Position numbers and translations under genes: made by a program. A stretch of DNA of 64,000 nt from Spirochaetia bacterium (lineage in GTDB: Bacteria > Spirochaetota > Spirochaetia > SZUA-6 > Bin103), in NCBI GenBank assembly GCA_965198005.1, contig CBDAOI010000004.1, positions 800,001-864,000 on the forward strand. The letters run 5' to 3'. Below are positions 31,231-41,399 of the stretch, one piece after another. Position 1 is the first letter of the stretch. Every line of letters starts with the position of its first letter. The notes below the pieces were generated by a model, which was given only the letters and a program-made list of their open reading frames with translations, was not told the DNA's origin and made no database searches.

Positions 31231-33051
31231 ATGAATATTGTAATAATCACAAGGGCCTTCGCGATTGCGTTGGTCCTGGTTGTGACCGCGACCGGCGTCT
31301 GGGCCGCCGGCGCAGAAGAGGAGCCGGCAGCCGCTGCCGACAAAGAGACGGTGTTCGACCCCGCCACCGGCCAGACGTGGACCGCGCCAGAGTATGGCGG
31401 GACACTCACGCAGGGCGTTAGGGGCTTTCCCCCAAATAATAATAGTGACGGGTGGTCGGTTCATCCTGGCTGGGCGGCTCACCTCATCAGTGGCGTTAAT
31501 GAGAAGCTAGCCTTCGTCGACTGGGGACAATCCAGGGATATATGGACAGGCACACAGCCTTGGACCGCCGAGATGTTTATAGGGAATCTGGCTGAAAGCT
31601 GGTCAACGCCCGACGACACAACGTTCATCTGGCACATCCGCCAGGGCGTTTACTGGGACAATAAGGCGCCGGTGAACGGTCGGGAGTTCGATGCCCATGA
31701 CGTCGAATATAACTATCACCGCTATTTGGGTCTGGGCGATTTCACCGAAGACGGACCTAGCGCCCATCAGAGTGCTATAACTGCGTCTGGGAGAGCGGGT
31801 GTAGAGATCGAATCGGTAACGGCCACCGACAAATGGACGGTTGTTGTTAAGCTCAAGCCTCACGTCCTTGTGTTGCAGCATATGCTCAACAACTACTTGA
31901 TGATCTACGCCCCAGAGCAAATCGATGAATACGGCGACGCTAAGGATTGGAGGAACCTGGTCGGCACTGGTCCCTTGAGACTGACTGATGTCGTGGAGGG
32001 CAGCTCGGCAACCTGGGAGAAGAATCCTAACTACTGGGGCTACGACGAAAAATTCCCGGAGAACCGCTTGCCCTATATTGACAAGTTAAGGTCCTTGTTG
32101 CTACCAGACGTGTCAGCACGTCTGGCAGCAATGCGTACGGGCAAGATTGATATGCTGAGCAACACCGGCGACGCCTATATACAATCTCTCGACGATGTAG
32201 AGAGCCTCCAGAAGACCAACCCTGAAATCGATGTGTGGCCCACTTATGCCTGGATAGCGGGCGCATTCCTTTTCAACCAGTCTCTGCCGCTCACTGCCGA
32301 CGTCAATGTGCGCAAGGCACTGCAGATGTCAGTGGACCGCGAGACAATTTCCGCTACCTACTATAAGGGTTGGGGAGATCCAACACCTGGTGCGCTATTC
32401 AATCAACGCTTTATAGGGTATTCCTGGCCAATGGAAAACTGGCCCGACGAGGTCAAGCGTGAATATGAGTATCACCCGGAAGAGGCAGAAGCGTTGCTTG
32501 ATGCGGCCGGGTATCTGCGCGGCGCCGACGGCTATAGGTTCAAGGTCAAGCTTGCCAATAACGAGGCGAACGATTCGACCTATCCAGAAATCATCATGGG
32601 GTACTTCGAAGCCATTGGCGTTGACAGCGAGCTTGTTATCCTGACTCGTGCTGAAGTAGGAGCTTCCCAAAGGGCGGACACGCACGAGTGGCACCTAGCG
32701 GATGGGGGATGGATGGGCCTTACAACCCACTTTGGGATCGGGTCGGTAAGCCAAAACATTGATGGCTTCAGCTTCAACAAAGCGAAGGACCCGCGTATGG
32801 AGGCCCTGTATTATGCTGCCGAAGAGACTATGGACATTGAGGAGTATAAGAGTATTCAAAGACAGGCCGATGAGATCACTGTAAGGGAGCACTGGGGCCT
32901 ATCCAAACCCTTCTCCCCTATCGTTTTCGTGAGCCACCCGTGGGTCCAGGGCTATTTCGGTGAAGATTCTTTGGGAAGGGGTGAACGTAATACCTTCTTG
33001 GCCCGCCTCTGGATTGATAGTGAGCTGAAGGAAGCAATGATGGGAAATTAG
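31231..33051 (+). CDS. Peptide/nickel ABC transporter substrate-binding protein (family 5)
   Basis: Signal peptide, EYGGT, LAESWSTPD, VGTGPL, KNPNYWG; GGAG RBS. Confidence 0.93.
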   Translation: MNIVIITRAFAIALVLVVTATGVWAAGAEEEPAAAADKETVFDPATGQTWTAPEYGGTLTQGVRGFPPNNNSDGWSVHPGWAAHLISGVNEKLAFVDWGQSRDIWTGTQPWTAEMFIGNLAESWSTPDDTTFIWHIRQGVYWDNKAPVNGREFDAHDVEYNYHRYLGLGDFTEDGPSAHQSAITASGRAGVEIESVTATDKWTVVVKLKPHVLVLQHMLNNYLMIYAPEQIDEYGDAKDWRNLVGTGPLRLTDVVEGSSATWEKNPNYWGYDEKFPENRLPYIDKLRSLLLPDVSARLAAMRTGKIDMLSNTGDAYIQSLDDVESLQKTNPEIDVWPTYAWIAGAFLFNQSLPLTADVNVRKALQMSVDRETISATYYKGWGDPTPGALFNQRFIGYSWPMENWPDEVKREYEYHPEEAEALLDAAGYLRGADGYRFKVKLANNEANDSTYPEIIMGYFEAIGVDSELVILTRAEVGASQRADTHEWHLADGGWMGLTTHFGIGSVSQNIDGFSFNKAKDPRMEALYYAAEETMDIEEYKSIQRQADEITVREHWGLSKPFSPIVFVSHPWVQGYFGEDSLGRGERNTFLARLWIDSELKEAMMGN

Positions 33052-33071
33052 CAGTATACGCCTGCGGAGCT

Positions 33072-33100
33072 AGGCGGCGGTCGCTTGCGAGCGCCGCCCT
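33072..33100 (+). promoter_or_regulatory. Intergenic hairpin after the SBP gene (mRNA stabiliser/partial terminator)
   Basis: aggcggcg-gtcgc-tt-gcga-gcgccgcc stem without U tract. Confidence 0.45.
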
Positions 33101-33126
33101 GCTCCCATACTTGGGGTACCTACACC

Positions 33127-34131
33127 ATGAGAAGCTATCTCATCAGGCGGCTATTGCTCACAATCCCCACCCTGTTCATATTGACCATCATCGTCTTTCT
33201 CGCGGTCCGCTTTATCCCCGGCGATGTGATAGACGTAATGGTGGCTGAGATGAATACTTTCCAACCCGGGACGATTGACCGTGAAGCTCTGGAGCGTCAG
33301 CTGGGACTGGACGTGCCTGTCTACGTGCAGTATGGACGCTGGATAGGAGTGTTGCCGACCCCTGACTGGATTACCGGTGAGCCCCACTTTAAAGGCCTCC
33401 TCCAGGGCACCTTTGGCGAATCACTGTTTGGCGCTGCTTTTGCGATAGAGCAGATCATAATCGGGAGATTGCCAGTAACCATTGAGCTTGGTGCTCTGTC
33501 AATCGTAATTGGGCTCGTTATAGCCCTTCCCGTCGGCGTCTACTCGGCGATCCGCCAGGACACCGCCGCCGATTACGTAGGGCGCACCGCCGCCATCATC
33601 GGCTTGGCAACACCGAACTTCTGGCTCGGAATCATGGTCATGCTCTACCCGGCAATCTGGTGGGGCTGGTCGCCGCCGATGGAGCTGATTCCCTTCAAGG
33701 AAGACCCGCTGGGGAATCTCGGGATGTTCCTCATTCCGGCCCTGATTCTGGGGACGGCCCTTGCTGCCAGCACCATGCGGATGACGCGCACCATGATGCT
33801 GGAGGTGCTCAGGCAGGACTATATCAGGACCGCCTGGTCGAAGGGGCTCAGGCAACGGGTAGTTGTCATGCGGCACGCCATCAAGAATGCTCTCATCCCG
33901 GTAGTTACGCTCGTAGGCCTGCAGCTCCCCCTCCTGGTAGGTGGCTCCGTTATCCTGGAGCAAATATTCGCTCTTCCGGGGATAGGCCGTATGTTTGTGG
34001 ATGCGCTCGATGGAAGAGACTACCCGGTAATCTCCGCAATAAACCTGATTTTTGCTACCGCGGTTTTAGGGATCAATCTCATGATCGACGTTATTTATGC
34101 TTTCTTGGACCCAAGGGTTCGGTATGAATAG
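33127..34131 (+). CDS. Peptide ABC permease OppB/DppB
   Basis: RRLLLTIPTL...LDPRVRYE. Confidence 0.93.
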   Translation: MRSYLIRRLLLTIPTLFILTIIVFLAVRFIPGDVIDVMVAEMNTFQPGTIDREALERQLGLDVPVYVQYGRWIGVLPTPDWITGEPHFKGLLQGTFGESLFGAAFAIEQIIIGRLPVTIELGALSIVIGLVIALPVGVYSAIRQDTAADYVGRTAAIIGLATPNFWLGIMVMLYPAIWWGWSPPMELIPFKEDPLGNLGMFLIPALILGTALAASTMRMTRTMMLEVLRQDYIRTAWSKGLRQRVVVMRHAIKNALIPVVTLVGLQLPLLVGGSVILEQIFALPGIGRMFVDALDGRDYPVISAINLIFATAVLGINLMIDVIYAFLDPRVRYE

Positions 34132-35035
34132 AGGAAGTGAGCCCAAGAGACGTGGCCGGCTGGCTGATTTCTTGATGAGGCTTATCAAGGAGAAGCCGCT
34201 CGGTACGTTCTGCGGGATTATCATAGTGATATTGCTTTTCGTGGCGATCTTCGCCGATGTGCTGGCGCCTTATTCCTATAAGGAAATGCACCTGATAGAC
34301 AGGCTTGCAGGCCCATCATCTCAGTATCTTCTGGGTACCGACCAGGTGGGACGGGACTTGCTCAGCCGCCTGATCATCGGGGCTCGCATCTCCGTGCTTG
34401 TCGGTCTGGCCGCGACTGCGCTGAATATCGTCGTCGCTGTCCTGGTCGGCGGCACTTCCGGATTCCTTGGGGGTAGATTGGATCTGGCGGTGCAGCGCTT
34501 TGTCGATGCCTGGATGGCTTTTCCGGGACTGCTGCTCTTGCTCACCATCATGTCCATCGTAGGAAGGGGTCTCCTCCAGATCATCGTGGTCCTGGGGATC
34601 GCCGGAGGCATCAGCGGCTCGAGAGTCATGAGAAGCGCGGTGATCGGTATCAAGGAGAACGACTTTTTTATGGCAGCTCAGGCCGTGGGCACCCCCACGA
34701 GCAAGATCCTGATTCACCATGTCCTGCCGAACATTATGGCACCCGTCATCATTGTCTTCTCCATTAACATCGGGGGGGTGATTATGTCCTTGGCTGCTCT
34801 GGGCTTCCTCGGCTACGGTCTGCCACCCACCATTCCTGACTGGGGCGGCATGCTCAGCCGGGAAGGGCGCAGGTACATGGAGCAGGCCCCCTGGCTGGCG
34901 CTCTGGCCAGGGCTGTGCCTGACGATTGTGGTGTACAGTTTCAACATGTTGGGTGATGCCCTCAGGGACCTGCTCGATCCGCGGCTGCGGGGTGGTGTGG
35001 GTCGTCTCGGTGCCAGAGCCGCCGGGTCGGTTTGA
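34124..35035 (+). CDS. Peptide ABC permease OppC/DppC
   Basis: LLGTDQVGRD, HVLPNIMAP, PDWGGML, GDALRDLLDPR. Confidence 0.93.
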   Translation: MNRGSEPKRRGRLADFLMRLIKEKPLGTFCGIIIVILLFVAIFADVLAPYSYKEMHLIDRLAGPSSQYLLGTDQVGRDLLSRLIIGARISVLVGLAATALNIVVAVLVGGTSGFLGGRLDLAVQRFVDAWMAFPGLLLLLTIMSIVGRGLLQIIVVLGIAGGISGSRVMRSAVIGIKENDFFMAAQAVGTPTSKILIHHVLPNIMAPVIIVFSINIGGVIMSLAALGFLGYGLPPTIPDWGGMLSREGRRYMEQAPWLALWPGLCLTIVVYSFNMLGDALRDLLDPRLRGGVGRLGARAAGSV

Positions 35036-35050
35036 TAGGGGAGGTTAGAA

Positions 35051-35341
35051 ATGTTTAAGAAGCTCGATCATATAGGCGTTGTAACTACGGATATGGAGAG
35101 ACTCATCGATTTCTATGAAGGAATCCTAGGTTTCAAGGTCCGAGAGAGATTTGAGGTCGAAGCTGGTAAGGGCTCGGCTCAGTTGAAAGAGGTTGCCAAT
35201 CTCACCCTTGAAGAGGGTGCAGTGATAGAACTGTTTTCGACCGACGCAGGCGTTCCACCTGATCCCGAATAAGCCAGGTGGATCAAAGACCCGGACGGCA
35301 ATATGCTCGTCTTGTTTCCCTCGATCGTGTATGAGAAATAG
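35051..35341 (+). pseudogene. VOC/glyoxalase-family protein, internally deleted
   Basis: LDHIGVVTTD..FYEGILGF; stop at 35272, then WIKDPDGN C-terminal motif. Confidence 0.75.
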
Positions 35342-35385
35342 GGCCTCCAGCAGCGCCGGCTTAATGCGTTTCGTCCAGTCTTTTG

Positions 35386-35928
35386 TCAGGTGGAGCCCTC
35401 GCCGCGGATCATGACGACTTTGCCGGTGCGGACCATTTCGACGATGGTGAACTTGCGCAGCATCCTGATCAGGGCGTCGATCTTCTCGGTCTCGCCGGTG
35501 GCCATCACGATCATCGACTCTTCGGTCAGGTCCTCGGTCTTGCAGCCGAAGTGCTGCGCGATCTGGAGCGCCTCGGTGCGTTCCTCGGCGCCGACCGCCA
35601 CCTTGACCAGCGCCAGTTCCTTGACCACGGCGTTGTCGAAGGTGTGGTCGTAGCAGTGCAGCACGTCGACCAGCTTGTTGACCTGGGCGATGATCTGGTC
35701 CAGACCGTCCTCGGTGCCGGTGGTGCCGATCGTCATGCGCGAGTAGGCGCCGTCCTTCGACGGCGACACCACCAGTGACTCGATGTTGAACCCGCGGCGG
35801 GCGAACACCTGGGCGATGCGCGCCAGCACCCCCGGCTTGTTGGCCACCAGCGCGCTCAACGTGTGAATCGGGTGAGTCGTATGCATGGTGTGATTCGCGT
35901 GCATCGAGCCGTTGTCCGGGTGCGGCAT
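35386..35928 (-). CDS. ilvN: Acetolactate synthase small subunit
   Basis: LVANKPGVLARIAQVFARRGFNIESL ACT domain; start uncertain (35928-35886). Confidence 0.93.
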   Translation of the reverse strand: MPHPDNGSMHANHTMHTTHPIHTLSALVANKPGVLARIAQVFARRGFNIESLVVSPSKDGAYSRMTIGTTGTEDGLDQIIAQVNKLVDVLHCYDHTFDNAVVKELALVKVAVGAEERTEALQIAQHFGCKTEDLTEESMIVMATGETEKIDALIRMLRKFTIVEMVRTGKVVMIRGEGST

Positions 35929-35939
35929 TGCGGGTCGTC

Positions 35940-37676
35940 CTAGGTCGATCCGGTGGGCTTGGCGAGCTTCACCTTGGGCGGTTCGATGATCATGTCCTCG
36001 AGCGCACTCCCCGCGGGAATCATCGGAAATACGTTGTCGGTCTTCTCCACCTCGGCGTTGATCACGCACGGACCGTCGTTGTAGTTCAGCGCCGCGGTCA
36101 GGATGCGGCGCACGTCCCCGGGACGGCGCAGGGTGAAGCCCTTGGCCCCGTAGGCCTCCGCCAGCTTGGCGAAGTCGGGATTGCCCTCCAGATCCACTCC
36201 ACTCTCGCGTTCGTCGTAGAACAGTTCCTGCCACTGGCGCACCATGCCCAGGTAGTGGTTGTTGAGCACGATCACCTTGACCGGAAGCCGGTGAATGCAG
36301 GCGGTGGCCAGCTCGCACAGGGTCATCTGAAAGCCGCCGTCGCCGACGATCGCCAGCACCGGATCGTCAGGCCGGCCGAACTGGGCGCCGATGGCGGCGG
36401 GAAAGCCGTAGCCCATGGTCCCCGCACCCCCCGAGCTGAGCCAGTTCTCCGGATAGTCGGTCTTGTAGAACTGGGCCGCCCACATCTGGTGCTGGCCCAC
36501 GTCGGTGGAGACGATCGCCCGGCCTTCGGTAAGCCGATACAGCTCGTCGATGACGTGCTGCATCTTGAGGCCGCCCTGCTTGCGGTACTTGAGCGGGTAC
36601 TTGAGCTTGTAGCGATCCAGATGCGCGATCCAGGGATCGGATTCCAGGCGGGTGACGTGCTTGATCAGCTCCTCCACCACCAGCCGGGCATCGCCCTGAA
36701 TGAAGTAGTCGGGCTTGATCATCTTGCCGTGCTCGCCGGGGTCTATGTCGACGTGGATGACCACCGCGTTGCGGCAGAACTTGGCCGGCTGGCCGATGAT
36801 CCGGTCGTCGAAGCGGGAGCCGATCGAGATCACCAGGTCGCACTCGACCATCGCCTTGTTGGCGTAGGCGGTGCCGTGCATGCCGAGCATGCCGAGCGAG
36901 AGGGGGTGGGTCTCGGGGAACACCCCCTTGCCCAGCAGGGTGGTGGTGACCGGGGCGTGCAGCCGTTCGGCCAGGCGGCGCACCGAATCGGCGGCCTTGG
37001 CGATCAAGGCGCCGTGGCCCGCCAGAATGACCGGCCGGCGGGCGGCGTTGAGCGCCGCGGCCGCCTGCATGATGGTCTCGCGGTCGCCCTCGTCCGGCAC
37101 CGTGTAGCCGGGGATGTCCATTTGCTGGGCCCGGCCGTTGGCGTTGCCGAAGGGAGCTTGGCTGATGTCCTTGGGCACGTCGATCAGCACCGGCCCGGGG
37201 CGGCCGGTGGTGGCGATGTGGTATGCCTCGCGCACGATGCGGGGGATGCTGTCGGTCTCCTTCACCAGGTAGCTGTGCTTGACGATCGGCATGGTGATGC
37301 CGTAGATGTCCGCCTCCTGGAAGGCGTCCTTGCCGAGCATGCCGGTGACCTGCTGGCCGGTGACCACCAGCATCGGCACCGAGTCCATGTGCGCGGTCAT
37401 GATGCCGGTCAGGGTGTTGGTGGCGCCGGGGCCGCTGGTGACCAGCACCACCGCCGGCTTGCCGGTGGCGCGGGCGTAGCCGTCGGCCATGTGGCTGCCG
37501 CCCTGCTCGTGCCGCACCAGCACGAACTTCATCTTGTTCTCGGTGGCGACCAGCGCGTCGAAAATCGGCAGCGCGGCCCCGCCTGACAAACCAAACAGGT
37601 ACTCGATGCCTTCTTTCTCTAGGGCCTTGACCAGTGCCTGCCCCCCGTCGAGCCCATTATTCGTCGCTTCAGCCAT
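35940..37676 (-). CDS. ilvB: Acetolactate synthase large subunit
   Basis: [32 protein letters not shown] motif. Confidence 0.96.
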   Translation of the reverse strand: MAEATNNGLDGGQALVKALEKEGIEYLFGLSGGAALPIFDALVATENKMKFVLVRHEQGGSHMADGYARATGKPAVVLVTSGPGATNTLTGIMTAHMDSVPMLVVTGQQVTGMLGKDAFQEADIYGITMPIVKHSYLVKETDSIPRIVREAYHIATTGRPGPVLIDVPKDISQAPFGNANGRAQQMDIPGYTVPDEGDRETIMQAAAALNAARRPVILAGHGALIAKAADSVRRLAERLHAPVTTTLLGKGVFPETHPLSLGMLGMHGTAYANKAMVECDLVISIGSRFDDRIIGQPAKFCRNAVVIHVDIDPGEHGKMIKPDYFIQGDARLVVEELIKHVTRLESDPWIAHLDRYKLKYPLKYRKQGGLKMQHVIDELYRLTEGRAIVSTDVGQHQMWAAQFYKTDYPENWLSSGGAGTMGYGFPAAIGAQFGRPDDPVLAIVGDGGFQMTLCELATACIHRLPVKVIVLNNHYLGMVRQWQELFYDERESGVDLEGNPDFAKLAEAYGAKGFTLRRPGDVRRILTAALNYNDGPCVINAEVEKTDNVFPMIPAGSALEDMIIEPPKVKLAKPTGST

Positions 37677-37781
37677 GTCTCTCCCTCGGTATGGGTTGAA
37701 TGTAAAGAATACGTGATGAGAATTGAGAATTCAAGTGCAAAATGAGACTTTTTCTTGAGAGCGGGTCGGAAAGCCGCTGGA

Positions 37782-38417
37782 TCAGATACGATTTTCGACT
37801 GTGCCGACGACGGCGCGAGTTTTTTGGTCGATCCGGTCCCTCAAATCGGATGCCTCGTGCTGGGCGTCGGCGAAAAACGCTTCATCCGGGGCCGAATTGA
37901 GGTTGATCTGCGCCGTGAGCAGGGCGGCGCCGGCGGCCGCGGCCGCCAGGTGCGCGGCCGCGCCCAGATCCGACACGGCATGGCGGTTGGCGACCGGCGC
38001 CAGCCGTTCGGCCAGCGCCAGGGTCTCGGCACACGCGCGCGCGATGGCCAGCGGCGCGGCGGTGGCGCGCCGGGTGGCCGCGGCCAGGGCGGCGGTGCGG
38101 GTCTGCCGCTCCGCCGGCGCGCGCTTCGGCAGGCGCAGGGCGGCCATGTAGGCCTGAAAGCTCTGCACGTCCTCCACCGCCGCGGACTGCAGCTCCGCGG
38201 TCAATTCATCGGCGCGCCGGGTGGCGGCCGCGGCCGCGTCCCAGGCCTGCTCGTAGCCCTGCTTGCGGTCGGTCAAGCGGGCCACCATCGCCACCAGCGC
38301 GCTCGCCAGGGCGCCGGCGACCGCCGCCACCGAGCCGCCGCCGGGAGTGGGCGCGGCCGAGCCGGTGCGGGCCAGGAACTCGCCGAGCGGCAGGCCGAGC
38401 AGCTCCTCGCGGGTCAC
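37782..38417 (-). CDS. Formiminotetrahydrofolate cyclodeaminase/cyclohydrolase
   Basis: PTPGGGSVAA, AVSDLGAA, INL; GTG overlaps folD stop. Confidence 0.88.
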   Translation of the reverse strand: MTREELLGLPLGEFLARTGSAAPTPGGGSVAAVAGALASALVAMVARLTDRKQGYEQAWDAAAAATRRADELTAELQSAAVEDVQSFQAYMAALRLPKRAPAERQTRTAALAAATRRATAAPLAIARACAETLALAERLAPVANRHAVSDLGAAAHLAAAAAGAALLTAQINLNSAPDEAFFADAQHEASDLRDRIDQKTRAVVGTVENRI

Positions 38418-39292
38418 GCCGGGCCTCCCGCCTGTTGCTGCAGGGCGCGGGCGCGCAACAGGTTGCGCATGATGATGGCGGTGGTCACCGCGCCCACGCC
38501 GCCGGGAACGGGGGTCACGGCGCCCGCCACCGCGGTTACCGAGTTCCACTCCACGTCGCCCACCAGGGTGCCGTCGCGGTCGGTGATGCCGGCGTCGATG
38601 ACCGCCGCGCCGGGCCGAAGCATGGCGCCGGTCACCACTCCGGGCCGCCCGGCGGCGGCGATCACCAGATCGGCCGCGCGGGTTACCGCCGCCAAGTCGG
38701 GCGTCCGCGTGTGGCAGATCGTAACCGTGGCGTGGCGGGTTACCAGCAGCGCCGCCAGCGGCCGGCCCACGGTATCGCCGCGGCCGATGACCGCGGCGCG
38801 CCGGCCGCACGGTTCCACCGGGATTTCGGCCAGCAGCTCCAGGCAGGCCAGTGGGGTCGCCGGCAGCAGGGCGCGCTGCTCCATGCCGCCGAACAGCAGG
38901 CCGCGGTTGAACGGGGTGACGCCGTCCACGTCCTTGGACGGATCGATTGCCGCCAGCACCGCCTGCTTGTCCACCCCCGCCGGGAGCGGCAGCTCAACCA
39001 GGATGCCGTGGATCGCCGGATCGCGGTTCCAGGCGGCGAGGGCGGCGACCAGCTCGGCGGTAGTGGCCGCGGCCGGGAAGGTGCTGAGCTCGACCTCGAT
39101 GCCCAGCTTGGCGCCGAGCTTCACCTTGGCGCCGGCGTACCAGTGCGAGCCCGGATCGTCACCGGCCAGGAGCACCTGCAGCCGCGGCGCCGGCGCCGCG
39201 GGGTCGGCCGCGTGGCGGCGCTGCACGGCGGCGGCTACCTCCCCGCGGATGCGGGCGGCAACCGGCCCGCCCTCGATGATCCGCGCCCCCAT
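38414..39292 (-). CDS. folD: Bifunctional 5,10-methylene-THF dehydrogenase/cyclohydrolase (divergent)
   Basis: KDVDG, PATP, VIGRGDTVGRP, TPVPGGVG. Confidence 0.9.
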   Translation of the reverse strand: MGARIIEGGPVAARIRGEVAAAVQRRHAADPAAPAPRLQVLLAGDDPGSHWYAGAKVKLGAKLGIEVELSTFPAAATTAELVAALAAWNRDPAIHGILVELPLPAGVDKQAVLAAIDPSKDVDGVTPFNRGLLFGGMEQRALLPATPLACLELLAEIPVEPCGRRAAVIGRGDTVGRPLAALLVTRHATVTICHTRTPDLAAVTRAADLVIAAAGRPGVVTGAMLRPGAAVIDAGITDRDGTLVGDVEWNSVTAVAGAVTPVPGGVGAVTTAIIMRNLLRARALQQQAGGPA

Positions 39293-41235
39293 CTAACCGG
39301 CGCGGACGGCGGGTTCCGGCGTGTGCGCGGACGGTCGCAATCCGACCTGCTCCTACCGCCCCAGCACGCGGCGCAGCAGCTTCCGCAAGCGGCCCGGTGT
39401 TTCGTCGGGCGCGGCGGGTGCAGCGGCCCGTGCGCCGGCCGGAGTGGCGGGAGTGGCCGGAGTGGCCGGAGCGGCCGGAGCGGGGGTGCAGGGTGGGGCG
39501 TAGCGGGCACGGCCGGTTCAACCAGCCGGAACTCCTCGCCGTACTTCTCGCGGTAGCGCGCCAACCGTTCGTCCAGCGATCCGGGCCCGTCGGCCGCGCG
39601 TGAGTGTCGATTCAGTCCCGGCTGGCGCGGGGGGGTGGCGTCACCGGCGTCACCGCCGGCGCTGTTCTGGCGGGCTTCGGTCGCTGCGGGGGCGCCGTCG
39701 CCCGGCGCGGGCCGATCCGGGCGCTCGGCGGAGGTGGACAGGGTCGGGGCAGCAACCGCGCCGCCGCCACGCCCCCGTCCGCCGCGCCGGCGCCGCCGCC
39801 TGCGGCCCGTCCCGCCGGTACCGGTGTTGCCGTTGCTTGCCTCGCGCACACCGTTGCCGCCGCTACCGTTTGCGTCCAGCGCGGGGCTGCGCGCGGCTGC
39901 GGCCGGTCGGGCTGTGCCGGTGCCGGCCGGCGTGCCGGCAGCTACCGTAGGTGTGCCTGCGCGTTCGCGTCCGTTCCCGGTGCCCGCGGCCGACACGGGA
40001 ACGGCCCGCGGCGCGCTTCGCGCTGGGCGGGGGCGGTCCCGGCGTTCATCCCGCCCGCGGCCGTGCAGGTAGTGTTCCACGCGCATGCCGGCGCTGGTGT
40101 CGTCCGCGAACAGCTCGGCGGGGGCGGTCACCACGGCAATCGGCGCGCGGATGAACTCCTCGATCCCGGCCAGGGCATACACGTGCTCCTCGCAGGCCAG
40201 CGAGACCGCCTTGCCGGTGCGTCCGGCGCGTGCCGTGCGGCCGATCCGATGCACGTAGTTCTCGCTGTACTCGGGCAGGTCGTAGTTCACCACCAGCTCC
40301 AGATCTTCCACGTGCAGGCCGCGCGCGGCCACGTCGGTCGCCACCAGATAGCGCAGCGTGCCGTCCTTGAGCGAGTCGATCAGACGCTGGCGCTGGCGCT
40401 GCGGGCGGTCACCGACGATGTACTCGCACTCCATGCCGTTGCGTTGCATCCGCATCGCCACCTCGTAGGCGGTCTGCTTCATGTTGGTGAAGATCAACGC
40501 GTTGCGCGGCTGGCCGTGAGCCAGGATGCCGAGCAGCAGGCTGAGCTTGCGGTCGCGCGCCACGTGGTACAGCTCCTGCGTGATCTCGTCGACCGTCACC
40601 CGCTCCGGGGCGATGGTGATCTCGGCCGGATCCTTCATGTGGTCGAACGCCAGCGTCTTCACCCGCGTGGTGAGCGTGGCGCTGTAGAGCATGGTGATGC
40701 GCTGGTCGCGCCCCGGCATCCGGCGGATCAGCCGGCGCAGGTCGGGAATGAACCCCATGTCGAACATGCGGTCCGCCTCGTCGATGACGAGAATCCCCAC
40801 GCTTCCCAGGTCCAGCTTGCGCTGCTCGGAGAAATCCAGCAGGCGTCCCGGGGTCCCGATCGCCAGGCGCACGCCGTTGGCCAGCGCCCGCTCCTGCTTC
40901 TCGTAGCTCACCCCGCCGTAGAAGCTGGCGATGGGGAAGTCGACGTGCTTGCCCAGTTGGTGGGCATCCTGCTCGATCTGGTCGGCCAGCTCCCGGGTCG
41001 GGGCTATGACCAGGGCGATCTTGCCGTCGAGGCTGCGTTGCTCCAGGAACAACTGAAAGATGGTGAGCAGGAACGCGGCGGTCTTGCCGGTTCCGGTCTG
41101 CGATTGAACCGCGACGTCGGAGCCCACCAAGCTGTAAGCAAAGGTCTGTTCCTGCACCGGCGTGCAAGCGACGAAGCCCGCGTCACGGGTCGCCTGCAGG
41201 AGCCTTGGATCAAGGTCTAACTCTTCAAAAGTCAT
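39235..41235 (-). CDS. DEAD-box RNA helicase (RhlB-like) with long disordered tail; probable terminal frameshift
   Basis: QTGTGKT, PTRELA, DEAD, SAT, HRIGRTAR. Confidence 0.93.
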   Translation of the reverse strand: MTFEELDLDPRLLQATRDAGFVACTPVQEQTFAYSLVGSDVAVQSQTGTGKTAAFLLTIFQLFLEQRSLDGKIALVIAPTRELADQIEQDAHQLGKHVDFPIASFYGGVSYEKQERALANGVRLAIGTPGRLLDFSEQRKLDLGSVGILVIDEADRMFDMGFIPDLRRLIRRMPGRDQRITMLYSATLTTRVKTLAFDHMKDPAEITIAPERVTVDEITQELYHVARDRKLSLLLGILAHGQPRNALIFTNMKQTAYEVAMRMQRNGMECEYIVGDRPQRQRQRLIDSLKDGTLRYLVATDVAARGLHVEDLELVVNYDLPEYSENYVHRIGRTARAGRTGKAVSLACEEHVYALAGIEEFIRAPIAVVTAPAELFADDTSAGMRVEHYLHGRGRDERRDRPRPARSAPRAVPVSAAGTGNGRERAGTPTVAAGTPAGTGTARPAAAARSPALDANGSGGNGVREASNGNTGTGGTGRRRRRRRGGRGRGGGAVAAPTLSTSAERPDRPAPGDGAPAATEARQNSAGGDAGDATPPRQPGLNRHSRAADGPGSLDERLARYREKYGEEFRLVEPAVPATPHPAPPLRPLRPLRPLPPLRPAHGPLHPPRPTKHRAACGSCCAACWGGRSRSDCDRPRTRRNPPSAPVRWGRGSSRAGRLPPASAGR

Positions 41236-41399
41236 GCAATGTCAATAGATAAGGTACCGAACACTCCCCAATATACTCATCTCAGCGCGCGGAGGGTAGC
41301 CCCGGGATCGCGTTGGTGCTGTGAGGCGTGTGAGGCGGTTGGCGTGGTCCGGCGTCTGCCCTATACTGGCTCCCCCCGATTCGAAGATGTGGGATCAGC

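Noticed and set aside
37677-37781. ilv leader-peptide attenuator
   Set aside because: No ATG-initiated Ile/Leu/Val-rich ORF or terminator found
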